Part shown: one piece after another, positions 47,083 to 60,506 of the stretch | How the letters are laid out: each line of letters starts with the position of its first letter | Position numbering within the stretch: position 1 is the first letter of the stretch | Source of the DNA: Elsinoe ampelina | Taxonomy: Eukaryota | Assembly: GCA_010093995.1 (NCBI GenBank) | Contig: ML992501.1 | Span: 1,925,320 to 1,989,319 of the forward strand | Direction of reading: 5' to 3' | DNA: 64,000 nt | The notes under the pieces: generated by a model | Told to the model about the DNA's origin: nothing | The model's database searches: none | Seen by the model: only the letters and a program-made list of their open reading frames with translations | Program-made: the position numbers and the translations under genes

Positions 47083-50000
47083 CTACTTCTTAACCCTCTG
47101 CATCCTCTCGCTCATAAAGCTAAAGAAAGCAAACTGACTAGCATTAATCCCCTTCTCGTAAATAAACCTGCTGCTGAGATAACTCCCAAAAATCGCCCTG
47201 AGATAATTCTCCGGAACCTGTACACAGTCAGCCTCATATTGCCCCTCAATTCATCTCCTCCCAGGCCTCTCTCAAAGGACCTGACAAGAAATAGCCAAAG
47301 AATCACTCACTCTCTCAAGCAAAACCCCCAACCCCACCTTCTCCAACAACAGTCCAGGCAACGCCTCCCCCAGCACCCCCTCCCTCAAAGCCTTATCGTC
47401 CCACAACTCCCTCTGCATCTGCAACTCCTCATCCAACTTCGTGATGGCCAGACTCAACCTATCGCTCAACACACTCCTGCTCTCGCCCGTCCGCTCACTC
47501 TCCCGCCAAATCGCCTCGAATTCCAACCTGGCATTGTTCTGGATAATCCTCTGCACCTCCTTGACGTACGCGTCGTAGAACGGGGGCGCGGTCCCGTCCG
47601 GCCTCACGCACATGTTTTCCACGAAACCCTGCTCGTCGAACGAGAGGGAGGCGAGGACCTCGAGGGACGAGGACGTCACGCCGCCTTTGTTGGCCGAGGC
47701 GTCTTTGAAGAGGATGCAGCCTGCTTTTTCGAGGCGGAGTTTGGCGTCTTGCGTGATGAAGAGGTTGGCGCCCTCGACGATGTAAGGGATTGTGGACTTG
47801 CCGTCGACGATGAGGCGGGTGGCGGTGGAGAGGTCGATGGATTCCGGGCGGCCGCCGCAGGGGACGAAGAGGTCGTAGGAGTCCGGGCGGAGGTGGAAGG
47901 TGTTGCGGAAGGTGGTGCCGTTGTTGACGAATTCGCCGGAGGGTAGGGTGATGGAGTTTTCTTCGACGAGGACGCGGTAGCCGGTTTTGCTGAGTTTGGT
48001 GATGTCGAAGGCGGAGATCATGGAGCGGGATTTGGCGAGGCGGAGGAGTTCGGTGCGGTCGATTCCTGAGGGATCGACGAGGACGCCGGATCCGTCAACG
48101 ATGGCGGTGTAGGATTCGCGGCCGAGGAGGATCTCGTTAGAGCCGAGGTCGCCGTCGGGTCCACCGGTCTGGAGCTTGCGGACTTTGGTCTCGTCGAGTT
48201 GCAGCTTGCGGTAGATGCCGAGGACGTACTCGCGGACAGATAAGGTGGTCATGCCGTAGCGGTCGTGGGGGATACCTCCCAGTTTGGGTGACTTGCCAGT
48301 GAAGAAGGACTTCCACCAAGGCGCACCACGTGCTCGAGCATGTTCTGTCGCCCAATCGACAAGATCAGCGGTGTTCTCGTCGGGACCCATGAACAGGATC
48401 TCGGGTTTGCCGTGAAGGTCCACGATGGGATCTTTGATACCTGGACTGGTCGGTGGAAGCAGTAAGTCCAGAATACTGTCAATGTACTTCTCGAACGCAA
48501 CGCGGGTCTTGTCCTGGTGATCTACGTCAAGTAGAATGACACCCTTTGAGCCACCTTCTGGGATATCCTTGTTCTTCCTTTGCTGAGTGTTGGCAAGGTT
48601 GTAGTTTTCGTCAAACAGCGATCGAGCATTGATGGCATAAGCCTCTTGCGATCTCGACTTGACAATGCGGATGCCACCACGAGCAATGTCCCTGAAACGA
48701 AGATGGAAGCCACGGAATTCCGAGCTGATGATCAGGAACATGCCGTAGAGGGGTTGCGGATACTCCTCCGCCGGGAGGAAAGTTGGCGCTAGACGAAACG
48801 ACAGGGCAACCTTTGTAGGTGTGTAGAAGTTGGTCTTGAGCACCGAGGCGTTGAAGACACGGAAAGCAGTCATGACCATATCGTGATGCTCATTCACGAC
48901 ATTTTTCGAGATCAGCTCTTTCAGTTCCGGGTCTGTCAAGACCTTGTCTACCTTCAGCCGCAAGTAACTCAGCGTCGGTAGAAAGTCGTCTCGCTCGCCT
49001 CGCGTCTGTACGTAATGTGCATTGGCGAATGTGAGGTACAACTGCTTAACCAGGTCTGGGTACTGCAGGATGATCTCTCGAATGTAGTCGGCGGTAAAGG
49101 TCTCGGTACGCAGTCGACGCTTCAACCTGGACAGGAGTTCTGCGTGGATGCTGTTGCCGCTGTCGAGTAGTGAAAGAAGGGTGGTATACTCGTTACCAAG
49201 GCGATTGAGGAAGTGACCGGTGTAGACCCAGACGCAGTGAGCATAGATAGTCTCTTGCAGACTCAGGCGACCAGAGGCGAAATGCGACTGGAACTGGTTC
49301 TGCGGGATGCAGTAAAGAAGTGACACCTCCTTTGTAATTTGGTGTATGCTGGCTTCGATTGGTGGATAGCGCTGGGAAGCCTCTGAGCCAGGAACGTGAC
49401 CGAGGTAAAGAGACATGATCGTGAAGCCGTTCGAGAACTGCTCGACATACTTTCTTGAGCTGGTGAGGCCATAGTAATGGTAGAGGTCGCTCAGGGCGCT
49501 GAAGAGACCCAGAGCACTACCCTGCTTGTATGCAATGACCAATCTCTTCTCACGAGAGCCTTCAATGTCGAACAGCTCGATCACTGGACCTGTCCGTCCC
49601 ACTGCGGCGCTCAGAATCTCCTGGTAGATCTCCTTTGTGTTCTTGGTAGCTTTGGACAGGAATCTCGACTCGCCGACGACTTCCAGCCTCGTCTCGTTCG
49701 GGTCGGGGTTCGGGTTGTTGAAATGTGCTTGGTAGACAAAGTAGCAACGTAGTTGCTGGTCTGTGTCCCCTGGAAGCTTGGAGGATGATCGGAAGGTCTC
49801 CACCCGGTAGGATGTGGAACCTTTGCTGATGTTGAGGTACTTCTCGTCGATTCTCTTCTCGTAAGCAGGACCGGTGGATGTGGTGATTCCCGGCTTGCTA
49901 GTGTCAATGTATACCGCATGATCCGACTCTTCCTTGTCTAGACGAATCTCCAGCTGCTTGTCGTCGCGGGCATATGCTGCCACCTTTGCTGCGTAGAGGG

Positions 50001-50391
50001 AATGGACATGAGAGACGATCCTGCAGATGGTCAGCTGGAGCTAGCTTCTCCAAGATATCACCTACGCTTGCACAGTCTCTGTGGAAAAGTACATGTCGTC
50101 AATGCCGAGCTCGTTGTAGAACCATTTTGTCTCTGTCTCGACAAATTCCGAAGGGATGAAGCCCTTGTCTTCTACCTGGTCCATGACCTCTTCCATCTGT
50201 GCCTCTTTGCCCTCGAACTTGGGGGCAACATATCCAGATCCCTTCTCGTGTAATACTCGCGGTGTGTGGCCACCCGGCACACTGAGGTGTATGGGTTGTG
50301 GTGATGGCATCCTGTCAGGGGAACGGATGACGGTGTTGAGGAGCTTGTTTTGGACACCATTCTGAGTGCCATTGGGTGCTGTGGAAGCCAT
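47083..50391 (-). CDS. GDH2: NAD-specific glutamate dehydrogenase
   Basis: MASTAPNG...GSGYVAPKFEGK; RDIARGGIR, KDIPEGGSKG, GPDENT, GGPDGDLGSN, VEGANLF, DASANKGGVTSSS; introns near 50063-50021 and 47310-47218; last exon VPENYLRAIFGSYLSSRF. Confidence 0.95.
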
Positions 50392-51190
50392 GCTTGCAAG
50401 CTGACGGTCTGTAAGTATGACAGAAGCAAGGAGAGGACAGCAAAGAAAACGATCGAGAGAGCTCTCGTTATGACCAACAGTGCAGGGAGCTCGGTGTGTG
50501 TTGGGGAGGGAGAAACGTGAGTGACGTTGGGCAGGATCTGTGCTCACGACAGAGGCAGTGCAACAAGTATTTGAAGTGCAGAAGCGTGATTTACGGCAAG
50601 CTGAAGAGATTTCCGACACACGCATGCATGTGTACGAGGTCTATTTTCTCGTAATTAGAGTGAAGCAGCTGCACAAACAAAGAGTAAACTCCCATGGTGA
50701 TTGGACTGGTCGCCCGCATCTAGCCGGGCAACAATAGCTCCGACACGTCAAATCCGTACCTGACGAGCCTCGTGATGGATGCCGTTACCAAATAAATCCA
50801 CCCTGAGCAGCCCATCGAGGTCCGGATCACGCGGTGAGAGGCACGTCATGCGGCCATGAGGTAACAGTAATTCCCACCACGGTAAAGACACCGAGATGGT
50901 GCACAATGGCGTTTTTACTGCGCATGCTAATTGTACAAACTCTCAACCCTCTTGAGGACCTGGTGCCCCGCCATTTCCGCCATATCCCCTGGATCCCCCG
51001 CAATTCGTCGTGGCTTGCTCGCGCTAGAAAAATGCTACCATTCAGTGAACTCCGATGGCGGGACCCGCCAACTCCGATGCCGTGCGAGACCGTGTGCAAA
51101 GACTGAGGTAAGGAACTTCATAATGACGGTGGATGAGGAACGTGATGGTGTTGTGTGTGTTATTAGGATAGGCCGTCAGTCGTGTGATCA

Positions 51191-52883
51191 TCACAGTTCG
51201 ACGTTGAACTGCCAGTTGCCTGTCACCGGTCAGCAAGTCACACATCATCCAAGAAGTCAAGAACACGTACCCTGTTTGAGGTTCTCGGCCGTGTCGTCGA
51301 GCAGAATGACCCTCCGCTTGGTGCAGTACGATGTCTTGTCCATCATCTCCACCTTGAGTCCAGCAAGCTGGTCCGTTGGCTTCTCGAACATCTCGGACAG
51401 GTTCTCAACCGCCATCTCCAAATCCTTCTGGTTGTCTTCGAAGATCTCAGTCAAGTTGTTCCGCGCAAGATAGTATGCAAATGCGTAGGTCCACTTGAGA
51501 GTCTGGCGGCACTGCTGCAGAGCCTGAGAAGCGCTCTCGAGGAATTGCACCTCGATCCATGACAAGCCCGAGCTGGACTGCAGATGTGTCATCTTCTTTT
51601 CCGTCTTCAGGTAGATGTCCTTGTCGAGCCTGGCAGATTGCTCGTGGTTGGCGTAGCGATTGTAGTAGTGAAGGTAGCGCTCGAGCTGCACTCTTGACTT
51701 TGCCTGAGCATCTCTCGCATCCAGCCCGCTCTTCTCCTCGAATCTGTTGCAGTTGTACCAGCTATTGCCATGTTCCGACCACAGGCCCATGCACATCCAG
51801 CAGAATTCGTGCTTACATTTCCTACATGTCATGTGGTTGCAGCCACCATTCTTTTCTATCGTAGAGTGACACCTTGGGCACTCTTTCGTGTTTGCCGAGA
51901 TCCAGTTTGCTGTTTCCGAGTCGTCTTCGCACTTCTTCATCCACTTCTTGACCAAGACGCACGGCGTTGGCTGGTGATCCGCGAGGGTGCATCCGAAGCA
52001 GAAATTATGCGAGCACTTGCAATGTACTGTGGGGACAATTCGACTCAGATCGCGCTGCTTGACTCCGCATTCGAGGGCATAGACGCAATTCGGGGCGGGA
52101 CACCACTTGAGGTTATCCTTGTCGTCCACGTATGACCGGATGAGGAGTTCGTGGTATCTGCGATATGATCAGCTTCAATCTTCCTCATTTCGCTTAGGAA
52201 CATACCTGTCTTTAAGATCTTCCGACACCAGCAGTTCCAAGCTCTTAGAATCAATGATCTGGTTGCAGTCCTGACCTGGACATCGGATCCTTGCAGCCTC
52301 ACCCTCCTCTTTGATCTTCTGGGCCAGGTAGTGTCTCCAGCAATCAATGCAGAACCGGTGTTGACACTTGAGAGCGAACGTCGCGGTGTCGGCTGAGTCG
52401 GTGTAGCAGATTTCGCAAACGAATCCGGGTACCTGCTCGATGCGGGTCCTCACGTCTTCGTCCTGTCCCAGTCCTGCTTTCTCGAGTGTTTCTTCCTGCT
52501 TGTCCATGTACTGCTCGATCAGCCGTTCCTTGTTCCATTTTGAATACCGTAACAAGATTGTGGCTGCTTCTGGTGACTGGCCGATAATATTCGATACCTC
52601 TGTCGCTTGTCCATTTTGCGCTGCTTGAATCTCCTCTGGGCTGTGAGCTTTGAAATCCACCTCGAACGCACGCTTCTTGGGCTTGAGATCCTTATCCTGA
52701 GTGTCGAAGCCAATATCGCCATCATCATCAATGTCAATCTCGTTGTCTGAGCCTTGAACTTGTTAGCCTTGTTGCGAAACGTACGTGATTCTGCTTACCA
52801 AAGTCGACACTGCTATCCTGATCCTCCCCGAATCCGTCCTCACTGCCCGAAGCTACGCTAATCATTTCGTCGTCAGAGTCCAT
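51191..52883 (-). CDS. HEL1: RBR-type E3 ubiquitin ligase, Ariadne/Hel1
   Basis: Acidic MDSDDE start; RING1 CEICY...HRFCIDC, IBR WCPAPNC, RING2 TKECPRC...KNGGCNHMTC, Ariadne domain LERYLHYY; 3 introns, last exon GNWQFNVEL*. Confidence 0.93.
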
Positions 52884-53656
52884 GATGAGAGGATCGGCTT
52901 CTGAGTGGAGTGTCTGAGGTGTTGCGGGTAGCACAGCCGCAGTTGTCGTCTCCGCCGAACGAGGCGGGAGGGGTAACTTGTGCTCCCGCTTGACTTGCTT
53001 ATCCTTGACAGGCGAAGAAGCGGTTGGAGTAAATGCCTCTAGCTTCCTTTTCCTCGTAATGGGAGGCGTGGTGGAAGCGTGCAATCACCGGCTCCGCCCT
53101 TATGACGAAGCCGACGAGATCTGGGATAATTGCTGAGGGACGAAGCAAAGACCGGCCAAAACGGGGGGACAGAGTGTGGTTGCAGCGGGCTACAACTGTT
53201 CCCGGGCGTGTGAAACGCTTTGCGTGGTGGAGGAAAAGGTTGTTAAACTGTTTCTATAGGTGAAGAGGGGGTCGAGAACCGTCCGTGGGAGTTTTTGTGA
53301 AGAGTGACTAATCCAAGGTCAAGGCATTCACCTGCAGGAGTTGGGCTTCTCGATGCCTGCAGTCAGTCACATTCAGGCTCGGGGAGTGATGATGAGGCGA
53401 GGCATGCGCCGCCAGCAGATTTCGGCCTGATCCGGCAATCGCCCGTGCCCAAATTCGGCTTTGCGGGCCAGATCGAATCTTGTTTATTAATGAATAAGAT
53501 TTGCACTTCATTGAGAACTCGCTGCGTAGGAGTACAGTATGATGACACAGGCACGCGAGCCATCAACCGTCACGCGTCACGTTCAGCGTTTATTACAGGA
53601 CTATTCTGGCATATCAGACTTGGCACATCTCTATTCGTTTGACTGGCCTTGGGTAT

Positions 53657-55810
53657 CTAGTCCTCATCATCATCGTCATCCTCTTCACTCTCCTCCTCAC
53701 TGTCCGCGGCAATAGCATCCATGAAAGGCTGCATTTGACTCCTCACATGCAGCATCTCCTCTCCATCTTTGCTCCTTTCATCCGCCCACCACTGCTCAAA
53801 TCCTTCAGTGTCCAGCACATCCTGCATGACCAGCTCATTGCTGGCATGAAGCATGATCTTCTCTCCTTCCACTCTATGCCTCAAATCTGATTGCATGAGC
53901 AGCAGAAAATCAACTTGATCGGGCTTCTCCTCTGTGCTGTCACCATGATCGAACATGGTCCGACTAAGCAGCTCTGTGTATGGCCCAACAGTCTGCTTCA
54001 CCGCTTGAGCTGCCGTGGTCCCAGTCTCCATGACCGCTGCTATACGCTTCATGAAAGCTACTGTGACTGCTCGTCGTACCGAGTGTGGACTGGCATCGGC
54101 GGACATGCGAAGCGCAGTAAGTTCGAGTTGTACATTTGCCGAGTCGTCGCCCTTTTGTAAAGAATCGTATATTGATAAAGAGGCTTCGTGGTGGAAGTCA
54201 TGAGCTGCCCGTCCACCTCCTTGAGAATCGTCCGAGGCGATAGATCCGAAACTGGCAGTCCTCGAATCGGCTGTTCGTGGTTTGAGATCTTCTGAGGATA
54301 GGTCGTGCGAGTGAATGGTCGAGATTGAGTCCTGAGATATGGACAGATGTTGAAGCGAGTAAAGACTCTTGGGTCCAAGACCAAGTATCTCCTCTTCCTC
54401 ATCCTCTTCGTCTTCATCCACGAACAGGAAGCCCTCGCCACCTTGTCCCACAATCTTGACGTCTGGGTCTCCTCTCACGATCTCTTCATCGCCCAACCCT
54501 CCTGTCTTCTTCATCCTCGTGATCCTGCTCTTTTCTGATACCGTCGTCCCATCTGCAATGTGACAGCCAAACGACACGATCGATCCAGCCTTGATCGTAC
54601 ACTTCTTTCCGATACTAGCCTCGCTCGCCACAATCGCATCCGTGACCACACTGCCATCTCCGATCATGACATCGTCCCAGATGTAGCTCCCTGTGACCCT
54701 CGCATTCTTCCCGATGATACACCTCCGCCCAATCACGCAGTTCTCCAGTACACTGCCGTCCCCCACAGCTGTTGCTCTCCCAATGACCGTCTTCTTCCCA
54801 ACCTCGCAACTGCCCGCCAAAACCACTCCTTCTTCCCGACAGCTCCCACCCTTGAACATCCTGTATGTCTGATCCTTCACCAGATTCGAGTCTGGACACA
54901 GCGGATACGCCCATCTCCCTAATATATCCTCGCTCACAGCCCCATACGCCCTCACATCCCTCGCCCTCGCCGCGTACCCCTCCTCCTCGACATGCAAATA
55001 CACCTTCTTCCCATTCAACTCGTAATCCTTCAACACACTATGCAAAAACCCCATCCTCGGCACCTCATAATCAAAATTATCACTCCACAACGCCAACACA
55101 TCCGGCGTACAAATATCAATCCCAGCATCCACCAAATCACACCTCACCACCACCCCCGTCTCCCCACCCAACACCTCCTCATCCAACGTCACCCGTCCCC
55201 CCCTGGCCCCCATCTGCTCATACCCCAACACCCTCCCCTCCCCCTCCTCCAAAACCCACACCCCCTCCCCACCCCCACTCTTACTCCTATGCCCCATCCC
55301 CACCTCCCTCCCCACAACCGTCATGATCGCATTCTTATCCCTTCCTTTCCTCTCCTTATGCCCCTCCAACGCCGGCGCCAACGACAGATTACTCACCACA
55401 TCCCCGTACACCAAGACAAAATCCCCCCCGAACAACCCCCTCTTGTCCAAATCCCGCATCGCGTCCCCCACGCTCGTCGCGGTGGACCGCAGCACCTCGA
55501 CGACGTCAAACGGCGACGTCGGGCCGGACCATTTCGACGCGCCGATCCAGGCTTCGATCTGTGCCGTGTGCGACGTGGACGAGGAGCAGTAGAGGTAGAC
55601 TTCTTGGATGCCGGACGCGGCGAGGAATTCGAGCGTGTAGTAGAGGAGGGGTGTGTTGGCGAGGGGGAGGAGGCAGTGGGGTTGGGAGAGGGTGAGGGGG
55701 GAGAAGCGCGTGGTGAAGTCCGAGGTGAGGATGAGGGCTTGGAGGGGTTCGTCGACCTCTTCGGTTTCTCGTGCGGAGGAGGAGGGTTTGGAGCGGGGTT
55801 TGGGTGGCAT
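53657..55810 (-). CDS. GCD6: Translation initiation factor eIF2B epsilon subunit
   Basis: LQALIL...FSPLT...LLPLANTPL, GIDICTPDVLALWSDNFDY, hexapeptide beta-helix, C-terminal W2 domain with acidic tail. Confidence 0.95.
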   Translation of the reverse strand: MPPKPRSKPSSSARETEEVDEPLQALILTSDFTTRFSPLTLSQPHCLLPLANTPLLYYTLEFLAASGIQEVYLYCSSSTSHTAQIEAWIGASKWSGPTSPFDVVEVLRSTATSVGDAMRDLDKRGLFGGDFVLVYGDVVSNLSLAPALEGHKERKGRDKNAIMTVVGREVGMGHRSKSGGGEGVWVLEEGEGRVLGYEQMGARGGRVTLDEEVLGGETGVVVRCDLVDAGIDICTPDVLALWSDNFDYEVPRMGFLHSVLKDYELNGKKVYLHVEEEGYAARARDVRAYGAVSEDILGRWAYPLCPDSNLVKDQTYRMFKGGSCREEGVVLAGSCEVGKKTVIGRATAVGDGSVLENCVIGRRCIIGKNARVTGSYIWDDVMIGDGSVVTDAIVASEASIGKKCTIKAGSIVSFGCHIADGTTVSEKSRITRMKKTGGLGDEEIVRGDPDVKIVGQGGEGFLFVDEDEEDEEEEILGLGPKSLYSLQHLSISQDSISTIHSHDLSSEDLKPRTADSRTASFGSIASDDSQGGGRAAHDFHHEASLSIYDSLQKGDDSANVQLELTALRMSADASPHSVRRAVTVAFMKRIAAVMETGTTAAQAVKQTVGPYTELLSRTMFDHGDSTEEKPDQVDFLLLMQSDLRHRVEGEKIMLHASNELVMQDVLDTEGFEQWWADERSKDGEEMLHVRSQMQPFMDAIAADSEEESEEDDDDDED

Positions 55811-56096
55811 GGTGGCTGTGGTTTGTGCTGGGGAGTCATGGATGGGGGGTGGTGGGAAATTTTGAAGCTGGAGGTTCGGGGGGTGGATGCCCCACAGTTC
55901 TCAGATGCAAGGAGTTCACGAAGAAGGCATTGAAGATTGGAAAGTGGTGAAATTTGTGAATGAATATATTCGTTTAGATCATCTTGCAGGAATATTTAAT
56001 CCAAGGGGTATCGTGCCAAACATCGTATCTCCAACAACGCCTATGAACAATCGTCGTCTGTCCAACGTGACTGACTGTGGTATTACCTCCGCCGCC

Positions 56097-58045
56097 TCAC
56101 GTCCCCTTGTTGAACCAGCCCATCCAGCTGGCTCGGTTCGCAGCCTTCTTAGCTGCGTCCTCGTCTGCGCTCTGATTCACAAGCCGTAATGGCCGCATCT
56201 TACTGCCGACCATAACACTTCCTGTCCCCTTGTCGCTGTTGCCGCCGATCGTGCTTGGTGGTGGACTTCCGGACTGATCCGTGTCGCTGGCGATACTGTT
56301 CCTACCGCTGCTGATCTTGCTGTCTCTTTGGTATCGATGGACGTACTCTGACTTTTCGCTTTCGCTGATGGTCGGTACAGTGGAGCCGGACGCAACTCGT
56401 GATGAGCCACTTGGTCTCGACCCGAGGAAGGAGTTGCGGGGACTAGTAATGCCTGGACTGAGCTGGCCAGACCTGGTTGGCGAGGGACCGCGATACATGT
56501 TGTTGACGAGAGCTGCGGAAGACCAGTCGGCCGTATTCCGCCGTGGCTGACTTCCACTTCCTGTCCGTTGTGCTTGTCCTCGCCCGATGGGTATGCTAGG
56601 AGCAGTCTCTGGGTTCTCATGTGGTGTTGGTGGAAGCGCAGAGTCCGGCATAGCGATACTCTGTGGACGCGGCTTGCGACCGCCCATGACCGACAACGTC
56701 CGTGAGAGGAACCCCTCTTGTCCTCCAGCCTCAGTGTTTGGCGGAAGTGGGAGCTCTTTCTCTGCAGGTCGAGCAGGTTTGGGTTGGGAAGCTGGATCTG
56801 CGTCCTTGTCGAGGATGAAGTCGAAATCGTTGGCGAGTAATCGAGAGATGATGCTGTTGATGTAGAGGGTGAGAGCCTTATTCTCGTCTGTGAGCGAAGC
56901 GATGCGAGTCTTGTACTCTCGTACAGTCTCGTCATCATTCTCCCAGTCGGCATTGTCGAGCTCATCTGCCAGAGTTGAGCCTGTGGTGCCATCGTGAGGA
57001 CTGTGTCCTGCGAGTAGAGTGCTGTGAGTGAGGTCTCCATTGAGGGTCTTTTCGCTGAGCAGAAGCTGGAAGCTTTCATTCTCCTCCATGAGTCGGGCGT
57101 TGGCCATGCGGGTTTCCATGAGTTTATTTTCAAGCTCCTGTGTTTGTGGACCACCTCTATTCTCCATCTCCACAATTCTTATTTGTGCCTCTGCCAGTTC
57201 GATTCTAAGCCCTTCAATGATCTTGTCCTTCTGTAGGACTAGGCGAGAAGAACTTCGAGAGTCGCTACGATGTAGAGAAGAAGATGGCGCAAAGTGCCCG
57301 CCTTCGACTTGAGGTGATGAACCGCTTAGAAAGCTCGCTGGTGAACGTTAGAAAAGCGAAACAACATTGTCCGCGGAGGGTACATACAGGTCCTTGATAT
57401 ACCGGGCTTGCGATCTTCTTCCGGTGGCGGCCTCTGCGCAAGAGTGTCCTTCAGACGTTGAATTGTCTCTAACAGTTGGTCTTCCCTTGCCTGCGACTCC
57501 TCCCTGAATTTGACTGAAGCAGCCCGGTCAGACTCGTAGATGGCTTCGAGCTCTCGTCGCGACCTGAGACTGTCTCTCTTGTGGTTCTCCAACTCTTCTA
57601 TCCGTTCGTTGGACTCTTGTATTGTTTCTTCGAGTTTCCCCTGATCCTCGGTAGAGGCTTGAAGATGTGTCTCGAGCAAAGTGATTTGCCTCTGGTAGTT
57701 CTCTGCGGCTTCCTCTGCTTGACGAAGACGATCCTGCAGATCTTCAATGGCTGCGGCTGTTGACGCCTTGGAATCGTCGTCCGTAGTACCGTCACCGTCT
57801 TGACCGTTCCTGACGTTGGTCGCATTGGACGACCCGTTTGCGGGCTTCTTCACTGCTGACCTTGCTGAAATTGGCGTCCCCGCACCAGGTGTTCGCGTTG
57901 ATCTTGAACGGGCGGTACTGTTGGAGGACGGTGTGGTTTGCTTCCCGATTACCTTTTGGGGAGTAGAGTCCGTGGTGGGAACATCCCGCTGTGGCCGCCG
58001 ACCAGCGGCGGCCGTTGATGATTGAGATTTGGCTGGTGTAGACAT
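56097..58045 (-). CDS. Conserved fungal coiled-coil protein
   Basis: Two ORFs joined in frame by intron 57387-57338; coiled coils; NARLMEENESFQLLL, NKALTLYINSIISRLL, MRPLRLV, ANRASWMGWF. Confidence 0.75.
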
Positions 58046-58827
58046 GCTATGCTAATATGGTTCTCGTACAGATAATTCCGACATTGGCGCACTGAAGAAG
58101 TGATGTAGAAGGAAGAGTTGATGTTGCGGTGGGTAGAAGCTTGGTAGGTCTCCTCGGTTGTGGAATGGTGTTTAATTTCCGCATGAAACTATGCACCCCA
58201 GTGAACCGAAGAATGACATGGCAAAGAAGGATACTGGAAGACAATTGACGGCGGCTACTAATGATTCATTTGAAGAGCCGGGTCTCTTTTTTTAATGGAT
58301 CGCAATTATCTGGTTGCGCGTCGGCGCACTCGTCATGGATACACGGTCAACAAGCAGGAGACAGGGAACCAGGTCTCCGCTACCAGCGATCACATGCTTC
58401 AGACTTGCAGAGTCGATGATCGAGCGCTGAGCATGAATGCGAGTCGATCCGACGACATGCTTTCTCACGACCGCTTGAAGTCATTTCTGCTGCTCCACCG
58501 CATCGTTCGCACTTCATCTTGGATATCGAGAAGGCCAGATAGTCGTTTGTATGGCGGGGCTAGATTGTAATGTGGCCGTTTGGGCGACGGGTCGTGTGAT
58601 GTGCATCCTGGCTTGATCCTCTTTTTGCCCTGCTTCGTTGGCACGATTTTGGCGCCTCGCACAGACCACCAAAGTGGGTTGAGTAGATTGGGTTTAGCGT
58701 GTCGTTTGTGCAACTTCCGCCCACCGTCGCACATCCAAAATCTCGAATTCGGAGCTTCAATCTTTGGAAAGTTCGACCGGAGAGCACATATTCACACAGG
58801 ACTATACACATATTCCTGCGCTTCGAG

Positions 58828-59331
58828 ATGGCCCCAAAGAAGAGCAAGAAGACCGCCGACAGCATCAACTCGCGCCTTGCGCTTGTGATGAAGTCCGGCA
58901 AGGGTATGGACTCGTTCTCTTATATCGACTGTAGCATCTCTTTAACATATGGCAGTCACCCTCGGATACAAGTCTACCCTCAAGTCGCTCCGCTCTGGCA
59001 AGGCCAAGCTCATCATCATCGCCGGCAACACTCCTCCTCTCCGCAAGTCTGAGCTCGAGTACTACAGCATGTTGGCAAAGACCGCTGTCCACCATTTCTC
59101 TGGCAACAACGTAAGCATATACATTTCCTACCCAGCGACTGGCGATTCTGTCAGTAGGGTACCAAGCCCTGCGAAGAAGCCGTGTAGTCTGGCTTTGGAG
59201 GGCAAGACCGTGACTGACTGTGACTTGCGTAGATTGAGCTCGGTACCGCCTGCGGAAAGCTCTACAGATGTTCCACCATGGCCATCCTCGATGCCGGTGA
59301 CTCGGACATTCTCAGCACCACTGCTGCATAA
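58828..59331 (+). CDS. RPL30: 60S ribosomal protein L30 (eL30)
   Basis: [35 protein letters not shown]...[34 protein letters not shown]; introns 58904-58955 and 59111-59232. Confidence 0.97.
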
Positions 59332-59723
59332 GCGACTGGAAGATCAAAAGGATTTTCGGGCAGGACAAGGCGAGGACAGGGAGGAACATGACGCTGTAGA
59401 TTCAGCGACAGATACCCAGCAATGCAACCTTGCACTTCTACCAACATTGTCAATAGCTCTTGTCTCATGGGATGCCTTGAAATCTCGGACAGTGTATTCC
59501 TCCTTCTCCGTCTGTGACTCATGCTGTTTCTCTTCATGATCCCCAGATTTCCCTGTATCGAATTCGATAGCCATATTTTCTGTGTGGCGGAAACAGCCGA
59601 AGTTCTTCCGGCCACCAACGGTGCTTTGAAATCAAGCCTGCCCGCCAGTGACATCTTCTTCGAACCGACGACATCTCTCCTTCACCACACCCACCCATCA
59701 CAACCCCAGCAACTACCGTCAAG

Positions 59724-60506
59724 ATGGCACGCCGTCCAGCTCGTTGCTACCGCTACTGCAAGAAGTGAGTCCCTCCACCACCATCAGCACGCCCTCACGA
59801 AAAATCTCATCTCGCACCACAACTCCCCTCTTCAAGAAACGCATCAATCCTCGAAACCCCACCACTAACCCCCCCTCCCAGCAAGCCATACCCCAAATCC
59901 CGCTTCAACCGCGGTGTGCCCGACCCCAAGATCCGCATCTTCGACCTGGGCCGCAAGCGCGCCAACGTCGACGAATTCCCGTGCTGCGTGCACCTGGTGT
60001 CCAACGAATACGAACAAGTGTCGTCCGAAGCGCTCGAAGCCGCCCGCATCTGCGCCAACAAATACCTCGTCAAGATCGCCGGCAAAGAAGGCTTCCACAT
60101 GCGCGTGCGCGCCCACCCGTACCACGTCGTGCGCATCAACAAGATGTTGTCGTGCGCCGGCGCCGATAGGCTGCAGACGGGCATGCGTGGTGCTTTCGGC
60201 AAGCCCAACGGCACCGTCGCTCGCGTCAACATCGGTCAGATTATCCTGTCGGTGCGCACGAGGGACTCCCACCGCGCTACGGCCATCGAGGCCTTGAGGA
60301 GGAGTCAGTACAAGTTCCCCGGCAGGCAGAAGATTATCGTCAGCAAGAACTGGGGGTTCACGCCGTTGAGGAGGGAGGAGTATGTCCAGAAGAGGCAGGA
60401 GGGCAAGGTCAGGGTGGATGGTGCCTATGTTCAGTTCTTGAGCAACCATGGGCCGATCGAGTACAACATGAAGAGGTTCCCGGAGGCTTTTGAGAGTGAG
60501 GCATAG
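59724..60506 (+). CDS. RPL10: 60S ribosomal protein L10 (uL16)
   Basis: [37 protein letters not shown]...[19 protein letters not shown]; intron 59765-59881. Confidence 0.98.

Noticed and set aside
41488..55933. Long antisense ORFs (41488-42396, 47062-47946, 54992-55933; also 1752-2591, 39739-40895)
   Set aside because: Shadows of real genes on the opposite strand, produced by codon bias and local C/G skew.
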